DNA of 36,267 nucleotides from contig SYAC01000062.1 of assembly GCA_005787685.1 (NCBI GenBank), forward strand, positions 1 through 36,267, read 5' to 3'. The notes under the pieces are model-generated. The model saw nothing but the letters and a program-made list of their open reading frames with translations. It was not told the origin of the DNA and searched no databases. Numbering within the stretch: the first letter of the stretch is position 1; each line of letters opens with the position of its first letter. Origin of the DNA: Planctomycetia bacterium. GTDB taxonomy: Bacteria > Planctomycetota > Phycisphaerae > Phycisphaerales > SM1A02. A program made the position numbers and the translations under genes. Below, in pieces: positions 8,830 to 17,142 of this stretch.

Positions 8830-9804
8830 GTGATGAGCAACATTGTCATTCAACTTGCAAATGTGAACAAGCGCTTTGGCGTGTTGCACGCTGTGCGCGA
8901 TGTCTCGTTTGAAATTCAGCGCGGTCAAGTCTGTGGATTTCTTGGTCCAAACGGCGCCGGCAAAAGTACAACCATTCGCATGGTCATGAGCATCCTGCTT
9001 CCAGACTCCGGCGTCATCACGGTGCTTGGCGGCTCAGCGCTTGACGCCAAAGACCGCATTGGATATTTGCCCGAGGAGCGCGGCCTATACCGAAAAATGC
9101 GCGTGGCGGATTTCCTGCGCTTTATGGCGAAACTGAAAGGCATTTCGCGCGCTGATGCCGACTCGCGTATTCGATCGTGGCTTGAGCGCGTGGAATTACC
9201 CAACGTTTCTCAAAAACGCTGTGAAGAACTTTCTAAGGGAATGCAGCAAAAACTGCAGTTTATTGGGGCAGTCTTGCATGAACCACCCTTGTTGATTTTA
9301 GACGAGCCATTTTCCGGCCTAGACCCTGTGAACCGCCGCCTACTCAGTTCGGTGGTGCGTCAGTTGAAAGAAAATGGAACCACTATTTTATTCTCCACGC
9401 ATCAAATGGAACAGGCGGAAGATCTGTGCGATCAAATCCTGCTTATACATAAGGGCGAAAAAGTATTGGACGAAACTATGTCCCAAATTCATAGCCGATT
9501 TGATCCGCGCACTATTTTGGCGCAACCCGCCAACTCGATTGATACCGCGACGCAAGCGCTGAAAGTTGTGGCTGGCATTGAATCCATGCGCTGGTCCCTT
9601 GAGCAGAAATCATTTGAGATTCGACTGCTTGCAGGCGTTGACCCTCAGCGCGCAATGGTGGACATCATGCGCGCCACGCCTTTGCGTCGGGTGGAATTGC
9701 AACGCGCCACGCTGGATGATGTCTTTGTGAAATTAGTCGGCGGCTCAGTTACAAAATTCGAGGCAACATCCGCCACTGAACAAGTCAAGGTGAACCATGG
9801 CTGA
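8830..9804 (+). CDS. ABC transporter ATP-binding protein (ABC-2 type)
   Basis: GTG start. Walker A (GPNGAGKSTT), the ABC signature (LSKGMQQKL) and Walker B (LLILDEPFSGLD) are all present. Its stop overlaps the next gene's start (ATGGCTGA). Confidence 0.9.
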   Translation: MMSNIVIQLANVNKRFGVLHAVRDVSFEIQRGQVCGFLGPNGAGKSTTIRMVMSILLPDSGVITVLGGSALDAKDRIGYLPEERGLYRKMRVADFLRFMAKLKGISRADADSRIRSWLERVELPNVSQKRCEELSKGMQQKLQFIGAVLHEPPLLILDEPFSGLDPVNRRLLSSVVRQLKENGTTILFSTHQMEQAEDLCDQILLIHKGEKVLDETMSQIHSRFDPRTILAQPANSIDTATQALKVVAGIESMRWSLEQKSFEIRLLAGVDPQRAMVDIMRATPLRRVELQRATLDDVFVKLVGGSVTKFEATSATEQVKVNHG

Positions 9805-11089
9805 GCGCGGAGCAACTCGTCGCGTACGCGTGATCGCCTGGCGCGATTTCCGCTACACGGTTCTCACCAAGGGCTTCTTGATTGGCGCCATCATTTTGCC
9901 TGGCATCATGTTCGCCGCAATTCCGTTGCTGCCACTGTTGATTGATTCAAAGACCGCGCCGCTCACGGGGCGCGTGGCGGTGATCGATCCATCAAATTCC
10001 ATTGCAAAAGCCTTTGAAATCACGCTTCGCAAGAATCCGGCCCAAACCATTGATTTGGAAGAGGACGCAACCAACACCTCCACAACCGATGTTGCGCTGA
10101 CCGTGGAAAGCGTTCCCGACCCATCGCGCGTCGAAGAGTTGCTCCTGCAACTTCGGGATAGTTCGCTGCAAGCATTGATCATCATCTCGTCCAACGCCGA
10201 TGGCCCATCCACGGAACTTCTGATTCCAAGCGAAGCCAGTCCACGACACACAACCATCCTGGAAAAATCACTTCGTGAGGCCGTCACCCGAGTGCGCGTG
10301 TCCAAAGCCAACGAGGACTATGAACGGATCACGAAACTTTTGGCGCGCCCCAAAATAGACACGCGACGCGTTTCCCCCGATGGCAGTGAATCCAATGAAA
10401 TTGCGCAATTACGAATGTTGGTTCCAGCGGGATTCATGTTCCTGCTATGGATGGCTGTGATCACAAGTGGAAATTATTTGCTCACATCCACCATTGAGGA
10501 AAAGTCCAGCCGCGTGATGGAGGTACTGCTTTCGGCTGTAAGCCCCATTGAGTTGCTCTGTGGAAAATTAGTGGGACAAGCGGGCGTAGCTGGCGTGATG
10601 TTGTTGATGTACGGCGGCGTGGGACTTGCGGGTCTTGGCGCGGTTGCAATGTTGGATGTTGTTCCGCTGCCCCACTTGCTTTGGTTGGTGGTGTGGTTCC
10701 CATTGGCGTACTTCACCGTGGCGGCGATCATGGTCAGCTTGGGCAGCGCGGTGTCAGACCTTCGCGAGGCGCAATCGCTGATCGGTCCAGCCATGATTTT
10801 GCTTACAGTTCCGCTGATTTTGTGGTTGCCAATCGTGGAAAATCCCAATGGCACTTTGGCCACGGTGTGCAGTTTCATTCCCCCCGCCGCACCATTTGTG
10901 ATGATCCTTCGCTTGACTGGCGCCAACGAGGCCGTTCCTCTTGTGCAAGCGTTGCTTGCCATGTTTGTGAGCGCGGCCACCGTGGTGGCCATCTTGTGGG
11001 TCGGCGCGCGCGTGTTCCGTGTGGGCGTGCTCATGCAAGGCAAGCCGCCAAGTCCCATAGAACTCCTGCGCTGGATCCGCGCTCGCTAA
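9797..11089 (+). CDS. ABC-2 family transporter permease (N-terminal TM, large extracytoplasmic domain, C-terminal TM bundle)
   Basis: It is translationally coupled to the ATPase. The topology is one N-terminal TM, about 170 aa of soluble domain, then five or six TM helices, which matches ABC-2/NatB-like permeases. Confidence 0.8.
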   Translation: MAERGATRRVRVIAWRDFRYTVLTKGFLIGAIILPGIMFAAIPLLPLLIDSKTAPLTGRVAVIDPSNSIAKAFEITLRKNPAQTIDLEEDATNTSTTDVALTVESVPDPSRVEELLLQLRDSSLQALIIISSNADGPSTELLIPSEASPRHTTILEKSLREAVTRVRVSKANEDYERITKLLARPKIDTRRVSPDGSESNEIAQLRMLVPAGFMFLLWMAVITSGNYLLTSTIEEKSSRVMEVLLSAVSPIELLCGKLVGQAGVAGVMLLMYGGVGLAGLGAVAMLDVVPLPHLLWLVVWFPLAYFTVAAIMVSLGSAVSDLREAQSLIGPAMILLTVPLILWLPIVENPNGTLATVCSFIPPAAPFVMILRLTGANEAVPLVQALLAMFVSAATVVAILWVGARVFRVGVLMQGKPPSPIELLRWIRAR

Positions 11090-11098
11090 GCGACGGAC

Positions 11099-12586
11099 AT
11101 GAACTCCGAAATCACATTGATATTTATTTGGATTGCGGCGCTGTTATTTGCCTTCATTACTATTTACACATTGTGGTGGTCTTTATATTGGGATCGCTCG
11201 CGTGGTCAACGGCGCTGTCCAAGATGTTGGCATCTGGTGCTTGATCGATTTCCATTTCGTTGCACCGAATGCGGCTACTTCACTCTGTTCAAAGAGAATC
11301 TATTTCGCACGCGGCGACGATACGGATGGTGCGCAATTGCAATTCTTACCTTAATCACCGGAACGATTTGGTTGCGCGACCAACTTACAATGCGGAGTTG
11401 GTGGTCCTTGTTTCCTGATCGCATGGTCATTGCCATGTTGCCTTGGGCGGATGATGGCGAGACGCTGCGGGAAATTCCCTTGTACTTGGCTAACTCTTTA
11501 ATTCTGGGCGAAATCAGCGACGCCAATCGACTCAGACTTCTTTCCAAATGCGTCCAAGGCGACTCGTGGGGCACACCGGGCAGTCTGGTATGGATGAGTA
11601 AATATGCTTCAATTGTCGAGAAAATTGACCTATTTCCAAACGGGGTCATAGTGCCCGCCACCACCCTGGATGAAATTGACCAAGGCCTCAACGCCATGGC
11701 TCCGGTCTTTGAATTGAATATGCCCGACACATGGAATCCAGTGGACCCCATGTTCATTGTGGCGAATATCTACGACTGGTGGCCCACGCAGTCCGATGTG
11801 ACATTGCGTTTATGCGCGATCCGTGGAATTCCCGTCACCGCGTCCACACTCGAAAGACTCGCCAGAGAAATCTGGCAACGTGCGAGTTCCACCAACGCCC
11901 AAAGCACCGCCTACACCATCAATCTTGGTCCACTGCCCGTAGGCAATCATTCGGGTGAAATCTCAATCGAGTGGAAATCGACTTTACCGGCGACCGCGGC
12001 ATCAACACCCGTGTCGCATGCCCATGGAGTTGTCACCATTCCTATAAGCGTTGATGTGATTCCAACAATAAATAGCATGTCGCCCATTTCAAATCCGGAA
12101 TTGGACGCGCTTGTGAAAGAGGCGTTCGCACCCGGAATGATTCGTTGGCCGCTTGGTCATGCCCGCCATGCGTTTAGCTATCAGCCCTACCAAACTGCGT
12201 CGCCCGAATTAGAGGCCGTGGGGTTTGGAATGATCGCCGAGGCGCTTGAAGATGGAGTGCCGCGGCGACGCCTCAATATCTGGTGGCGCGGCGGCCGCGG
12301 CGGTTTGCGTGCGGGTTTTGAAATTGAGCTTGAGGACCAAATCGCCCTTGATCGCGCGCAAAATGGCTCCAATTGGACTCTGCGCATTCGCGGCGACGAA
12401 GCCTTGGCGCGGCGGGTGGCGGGCATATATGTGAACACGCCACCCACACAGTGGTGGTCGGGCACTGTTGAAATTCCACTGCAAGTGTCCGATCGCATGA
12501 ATGATCGCACCACGGGTCGATCTGATCGTGGTCGAGCATGGGTGCTGCAAGAACCGATTGATCCCGCGAATGTCAAATCCAAATAA
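11099..12586 (+). CDS. Orphan membrane protein: two TM helices flanking a CxxC...CxxC zinc ribbon, with a roughly 400-aa extracytoplasmic domain
   Basis: Starts at ATG. TM1 is LIFIWIAALLFAFITIYTLWW, then CPRCWHLVLDRFPFRCTECGYF, then TM2 (WCAIAILTLITGTIW). I recognise no family for the large C-terminal domain. Confidence 0.7.
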   Translation: MNSEITLIFIWIAALLFAFITIYTLWWSLYWDRSRGQRRCPRCWHLVLDRFPFRCTECGYFTLFKENLFRTRRRYGWCAIAILTLITGTIWLRDQLTMRSWWSLFPDRMVIAMLPWADDGETLREIPLYLANSLILGEISDANRLRLLSKCVQGDSWGTPGSLVWMSKYASIVEKIDLFPNGVIVPATTLDEIDQGLNAMAPVFELNMPDTWNPVDPMFIVANIYDWWPTQSDVTLRLCAIRGIPVTASTLERLAREIWQRASSTNAQSTAYTINLGPLPVGNHSGEISIEWKSTLPATAASTPVSHAHGVVTIPISVDVIPTINSMSPISNPELDALVKEAFAPGMIRWPLGHARHAFSYQPYQTASPELEAVGFGMIAEALEDGVPRRRLNIWWRGGRGGLRAGFEIELEDQIALDRAQNGSNWTLRIRGDEALARRVAGIYVNTPPTQWWSGTVEIPLQVSDRMNDRTTGRSDRGRAWVLQEPIDPANVKSK

Positions 12587-12616
12587 GTTGACCGCGCAGC
12601 GTGTACTATTTCAAGA

Positions 12617-13159
12617 ATGCAACGCAACCTGTGGGCACCCTGGCGCATGGCGTACATCCGTAATCTTGAATCGCAGGCCGCGCAAGCCAAGATCAATTCA
12701 CCCACGGACTCCAACGAAAATTTTCTGCTCGCAGCGTGGAATAATCCTCAACTTGATCCTGCGCAACATGTGGTCTATCGAAACGAGTACGGATTGATTT
12801 TGCTCAATCGATATCCATACTCCAATGGACATTTATTGGTGGCGCTTGGCCAAGCGCGTGCGCGGTTGATGGATTACTCCGCCACACAACGCGCGCACTT
12901 CTGGAGTCTGGTGGATCTTTCAGCCGCGCTTGTGGATGTGGCGCTGAAACCGCAAGGCATGAATATTGGCGTGAACGAAGGCCGTGCCGGCGGCGCGGGA
13001 CTTCCGCAACACGCGCACGCGCATATTGTTGCGCGCTGGAACGGGGATACCAATTTCATGTCCACCGTGGCTGGCGCGCGCGTGATTCCAGAGTCGCTTG
13101 ACAGCGTGGCCGAGCAATACAAAATTGCTTTGAATGAAGCCAAAAAACGAGTGGGCTGA
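12617..13159 (+). CDS. HIT family protein (MJ0866-like histidine triad hydrolase/phosphorylase)
   Basis: The N-terminal LWAPWRMAYI segment, the ILLNRYPYSNGHLLV segment and the histidine triad QHAHAHIVARWNGDTNFM all match the HIT/Ap4A-phosphorylase-like subgroup. Confidence 0.8.
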   Translation: MQRNLWAPWRMAYIRNLESQAAQAKINSPTDSNENFLLAAWNNPQLDPAQHVVYRNEYGLILLNRYPYSNGHLLVALGQARARLMDYSATQRAHFWSLVDLSAALVDVALKPQGMNIGVNEGRAGGAGLPQHAHAHIVARWNGDTNFMSTVAGARVIPESLDSVAEQYKIALNEAKKRVG

Positions 13160-13165
13160 GATGAA

Positions 13166-13204
13166 GTCCAGGCACTCTGTCCAGGCGTCAAGTCCAGGCG
13201 TAGA
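13166..13204 (+). repeat. Three direct repeats of GTCCAGGC(R)Y spaced 13 nt apart, starting 7 nt after the HIT stop
   Basis: The sequence reads GTCCAGGCACTCT GTCCAGGCGTCAA GTCCAGGCGTAGA, seen directly. Confidence 0.7.
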
Positions 13205-13217
13205 CTAGAACATTCGA

Positions 13218-13449
13218 CTCTTTGCCCCGTCGGGCGACCTTTGGCCACGCGTCCGGACCGATGCGAACCCCCAGGGATCCCTACTTAATGGCTGCGTCAA
13301 AGATCATGCCTCTCGCGTTCGCGCGGCGTGGAAGATCGGGAACGATGGCCGGGGAACCCACGTGAAAGCGGGGTTCGGGCAACATCGTCAGAGAGCGCTT
13401 CCTTGTGAAGCGACAGAATTTATTTCTGTTCCTCCGACGGGGCAAAGAG
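13218..13449. other. Long-range perfect 16-bp inverted repeat (ctctttgccccgtcgg / ccgacggggcaaagag) enclosing about 200 nt of GC-rich, palindrome-rich non-coding DNA; candidate structured leader RNA or MITE-like element
   Basis: Positions 13218..13233 are the exact reverse complement of 13434..13449. Internal palindromes are GTCCGGAC, AGGGATCCCT and CACGTG, and there are local hairpins GAACCC-N12-GGGTTC and ACAGAA-tttat-TTCTGT. I did not recognise any known RNA family. Confidence 0.4.
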
Positions 13450-13506
13450 CCGAAATCATGTCATGCATTTTCACCAAAGTTTATCCACCTATGCTTGCCG
13501 AATCGG

Positions 13507-14901
13507 ATGAATGCCCCCACTGACATCAAACGCGAGGCGCGTGCGCCAGAAGGTTTCCTGACGCGCTTTCATCCGCGCCACTTGCCGGCCATGTCGCGGC
13601 CGGCGTACATCAATGAAATCCTGAGTTGGGCATTCCTACCATTTTTTCTTGGCGCCATTGAAGGCGGCACGCTGGGCGTGGTGGTTAAAAAAACATTTAC
13701 TGGTGTTGAGGGCATTGGAGCCACCGAACTTAATTTAGCCGTGGCGCTGGTCACCGCCGCGCCCAACGTTGCAAACTTGACCAGTTTTATCTGGGCCGCT
13801 CACTCGCAAGGAAAACCGAAAGTGGCGTACATCGCCACCCTGCAAACCATGACCGCGGTATGCGTGGCGTCCATCGCGCTTATGCCCGAACAACGCTGGG
13901 GCTTGTGGATGCTTTGCATTTTGGCCACGCTGGCGCGCATCACATGGACGGGCGTGATCACGCTGCGCTCCGCCGTGTGGCGCGCCAACTATCCGCGTGA
14001 AATTAGAGCCAAAATTGCAGGAAATATGGCCACTGTGCAAAGTCTGGTGCTGGCGTTGTGTGGCTGGGCCATTGGCGGGGCCATGGACTTCAACTCCAAA
14101 AGTTTCCACATTCTTTTTCCCGCTCTCGCCGTGCTTGGCATTGCGGGAAATATTTTGTGGCGGCGCGTTCCTATGCGCGGCGAAAAAAGAATGCTGCGTG
14201 CCGAGCAAGCCGCGCCCAAGCGCAGCGGTCCGCAACTCAATCCAACCTCCGTGCTGCGCGTGCTGAAGCACGATCCTCAATACGCCAAATTCATGTTGTG
14301 GATGTCGGTGTTTGGGCTGGGCAATCTTATGATCTCAGCGCCGCTGGCGATTGTGTTGGAGGACGAATTGAACGCCACCTACGCGCAGGGAATTTTGGTG
14401 ACCACCGTCATTCCATTATTGATCATGCCGCTCGCCATTCCATTTTGGGCGCGTCGACTTGACCGCTCGCATGTGGTTGACTTCCGCGCCATTCACGCCT
14501 GGACATTTGTAAGCGCGGCCGCGCTAATTTTTATCGCGGCGCTGGCCAAATCTATGCCGCTGTTTTATATTTCCGGGGCTTTGCTTGGCATTGGTTTCGC
14601 TGGCGGAAGCCTTGCGTGGAACTTGGGCCACCAAGATTTCGCGCCGCCAGAGCGCGACGCGGAATACATGGGCGTGCATGTCACCCTGAACGGTATCCGC
14701 GGTTTGATTGCGCCGTTTCTTGCGGTGGGTTTGTACGAGTGGCTCAAGGACCACAACCTTGGCGCGTGGAGTTTCTTTGTGTGCCTTGTGATCAATGTTG
14801 TCGGCGCATGGGGATTTGTGCACATGCGCCGCGCGCGCAAGCGCCATCGAAAAGCCACGCTGGTGAGCGCCTCGCAGGCGCAACCGCTGCCCTACGCATG
14901 A
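13507..14901 (+). CDS. MFS-type transporter (12-TM membrane protein)
   Basis: ORF 13405(GTG)..14901. The likely start is the ATG at 13507 (MNAPTD...) or at 13591 (MSRPAYINEIL). It has multiple hydrophobic helices and is a paralog of the gene at 19813..21066, sharing a W..R.NYP...R/RANYFSRR loop motif. Confidence 0.7.
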   Translation: MNAPTDIKREARAPEGFLTRFHPRHLPAMSRPAYINEILSWAFLPFFLGAIEGGTLGVVVKKTFTGVEGIGATELNLAVALVTAAPNVANLTSFIWAAHSQGKPKVAYIATLQTMTAVCVASIALMPEQRWGLWMLCILATLARITWTGVITLRSAVWRANYPREIRAKIAGNMATVQSLVLALCGWAIGGAMDFNSKSFHILFPALAVLGIAGNILWRRVPMRGEKRMLRAEQAAPKRSGPQLNPTSVLRVLKHDPQYAKFMLWMSVFGLGNLMISAPLAIVLEDELNATYAQGILVTTVIPLLIMPLAIPFWARRLDRSHVVDFRAIHAWTFVSAAALIFIAALAKSMPLFYISGALLGIGFAGGSLAWNLGHQDFAPPERDAEYMGVHVTLNGIRGLIAPFLAVGLYEWLKDHNLGAWSFFVCLVINVVGAWGFVHMRRARKRHRKATLVSASQAQPLPYA

Positions 14902-14975
14902 AATGAAACCTTTCGCCGCTCTTTGATGAAACTTTCATTTGCCCTTTAATTCAAGCGATTTTTTCGCTACCATGA

Positions 14976-14993
14976 CCGACCCGGCATTTCGCT
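14976..14993 (+). promoter_or_regulatory. 18-nt leader motif CCGACCCGGCATTTCGCT in the rpsA 5' region, immediately after a -10-like TACCAT; exact second copy at 135..152 (-)
   Basis: This is an exact 18/18 match to the reverse complement of 135..152. Confidence 0.45.
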
Positions 14994-15089
14994 GGCGCCT
15001 TTCACGGACGCGTGTCCGGGGCGTTTATTTCTGGCCGAATTCGCGGCGTGGTCCGCGCGGCTCATCTCGCACCCTATTGAAACGACAAC

Positions 15090-16853
15090 ATGGTTAATCA
15101 CAATCTCATCGAAGCCCTCGCTCTTGAAGCAGGCATCGCGGACAAAATGCTCCGCGAGGCGTACGGTCAAACAGAACTCAATCTTGAGGAAATCCTTGGC
15201 GCCGAAGTCGCGTCACTTGGAACCGGCAACATTGTCAAAGGACGCGTCGTAGGCATCAGCGGCGACTTTGTCATTGTTGATATTCGCGGCAAGAGCGAAG
15301 GCCAGGTTCAAAAAGAGGAATTCGAGGAATCCGGCGGCGTCACCATTGGTGATGAAGTTGAAGTCCTTGTTGAAGAAACAGAAACTCCAGATGGAAGCAT
15401 TATGCTTTCCAAGCGCAAGGCCGACCGCATTCGTGGTTGGGAGCAAGTGCTTGTCAGCCGCAAGGAAGGCGACATTGTTGAAGGCAAAGTCCTGCGCAAG
15501 ATCAAGGGCGGACTTTTGGTGGACATTGGCGTGCCCGTGTTCCTTCCCGCTAGCCAAGTCGATGTCCGCCGTCCCGGCGATATTGGTGAATTCATTGGCA
15601 AAACAGTGCGTTCCATGATTCTCAAAATTGATCTTGAGCGGCGCAATATTGTTATTAGCCGCCGCAAGTTGATCGAGGATGAGCGCGAAGATTCCAAGCG
15701 CAAGTTAATGGACAAGGTGAACGAGGGCGACATTGTCCGCGGCACCGTGACCAACATCGCCGACTTTGGCGCCTTTGTGGATCTTGGCGGGCTTGATGGC
15801 TTGCTGCACATCACCGACATGAGTTGGGGTCGCGTGAATCATCCAACCGAAATCCTGAAGATTGGCGATGAGATTGAAGTCAAGATTCTCAACATTGACC
15901 GCGAGCGCGAGAAGATCGCCCTTGGTATGAAGCAGAAGGAAGTCAGCCCATGGGAGGAGATCGAGAAGAAGTATCCGGTCAATTCCCGCCTGAAGGGAAC
16001 CGTCGTCAGCTTGATGAGCTACGGCGCCTTCGTGCGCCTGGAAGAAGGTATTGAAGGCCTGGTGCATGTCAGCGAAATGAGTTGGACTCGCCGCGTGAAT
16101 CATCCAAGTGAAGTTGTGAATGTGAATGACGAGATTGATATTGTCATTCTTGAAATTGACAAGCAGAAATTGGAAATCAGCTTGGGCATGAAGCAGACCG
16201 AGGTGAATCCTTGGGAACTTGTGGCCGAGAAATATCCAAACGGAACCATCATTGAAGGCAAGATCCGCAACCTGGCCAACTACGGCGCGTTTGTTGAAAT
16301 TGAGCCTGGAATAGACGGACTTTTGCATGTCAGCGACATCAGTTGGACCAAGAAAGTGGCGCATCCAAACGAGATCTACAAGAAGGGCGACAGCGTGAAG
16401 TGCGTTGTGCTTGATGTGGACCGCGATAAGCAGCGCGTTGGCTTGGGCACCAAGCAATTGTCGGAAGATCCCTGGGTGGAAGCGATTCCAAGCGCGTATC
16501 GCCCTGGCATGATCGTCAAGGGAACCATCACCAAGATCACAAACTTCGGCGTGTTTGTTGAGCTTGAAGAAGGGCTTGAAGGATTGCTGCACATCAGCGA
16601 ACTTTCCGATCAGAAGGTTGAGAATCCGCTGGATGTTGTGAAGCCAGGTCAAGAAGTGGACGTGAAGATCCTTCGCGTTGACATTTCCGATCGCAAGATC
16701 GGCCTGAGCTTGAAGCGCGCTCAGTGGGGCGCGGGCATTGATCCAGACATGCGGGCGGATATTGCGGCGGATGCGGCGGCCCTGCGTGATCGACCAACCC
16801 GCGGCGGCATGGATGATCACGGCGCACTGGGCACCGACAAGATCAGTTTCTAA
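15090..16853 (+). CDS. rpsA: 30S ribosomal protein S1
   Basis: It has six tandem S1 domains with the typical GxV.G.V..I..FGAFV..G...GL.H.S blocks, and a long leader. The product is 587 aa. Confidence 0.95.
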   Translation: MVNHNLIEALALEAGIADKMLREAYGQTELNLEEILGAEVASLGTGNIVKGRVVGISGDFVIVDIRGKSEGQVQKEEFEESGGVTIGDEVEVLVEETETPDGSIMLSKRKADRIRGWEQVLVSRKEGDIVEGKVLRKIKGGLLVDIGVPVFLPASQVDVRRPGDIGEFIGKTVRSMILKIDLERRNIVISRRKLIEDEREDSKRKLMDKVNEGDIVRGTVTNIADFGAFVDLGGLDGLLHITDMSWGRVNHPTEILKIGDEIEVKILNIDREREKIALGMKQKEVSPWEEIEKKYPVNSRLKGTVVSLMSYGAFVRLEEGIEGLVHVSEMSWTRRVNHPSEVVNVNDEIDIVILEIDKQKLEISLGMKQTEVNPWELVAEKYPNGTIIEGKIRNLANYGAFVEIEPGIDGLLHVSDISWTKKVAHPNEIYKKGDSVKCVVLDVDRDKQRVGLGTKQLSEDPWVEAIPSAYRPGMIVKGTITKITNFGVFVELEEGLEGLLHISELSDQKVENPLDVVKPGQEVDVKILRVDISDRKIGLSLKRAQWGAGIDPDMRADIAADAAALRDRPTRGGMDDHGALGTDKISF

Positions 16854-16877
16854 GTTTGATGTCCTGTGTAAATTCTA

Positions 16878-16915
16878 CGACCGCGGTTTGAAAGCCGCGG
16901 TCGTTTTCTTTTTTC
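16878..16915 (+). terminator. Rho-independent terminator after rpsA
   Basis: A CGACCGCGG-tttgaaag-CCGCGGTCG stem-loop is followed by TTTTCTTTTTTC. Confidence 0.8.
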
Positions 16916-17142
16916 ACCAAAGAGAATCGCTGATCGTTGCCAGCGTTGGTGATAGGCGCAGCAGTGACCCCCGCTCAACACAAAGCGATGAAGCCTACAA
17001 GCACAAGCAGCAGCATCTGTTTGAAACGCGCGCGTTGGACATTGTTTTGGGGGAAAAACTTCATGGTCACCTGTGGCAGTACTTTGACGAATCCGCTTCC
17101 ATCAAATGAGTGCAATCAAGCGGCTCGGCTACATTGTTCACC

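Noticed and set aside
13161-13208. 15-codon micro-ORF MKSRHSVQASSPGVD spanning the GTCCAGGC repeats
   Set aside because: It is too short and coincides with a repeat array, so it is more likely a non-coding regulatory DNA or RNA feature.
13160-13506. Possibility that the structured intergenic region is RNase P RNA, tmRNA, 6S, SRP RNA or a tRNA
   Set aside because: I looked for the P4 strands (GGAAAGUCCGG / ACAGAACCCGGCUUA), the tmRNA 5' GGGG...UUCGACGGG and 3' T-arm-CCA, and canonical T-loops. A GAAGTCCAGGC stretch is reminiscent of P4, but it is part of a 3x direct repeat and the 3' partner is absent. No T-loop is present. I left it as an unclassified structured element.
15705-16820. 371-aa minus-strand ORF inside rpsA
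   Set aside because: It is a shadow ORF of the highly repetitive S1-domain gene. rpsA is unambiguous on the plus strand.
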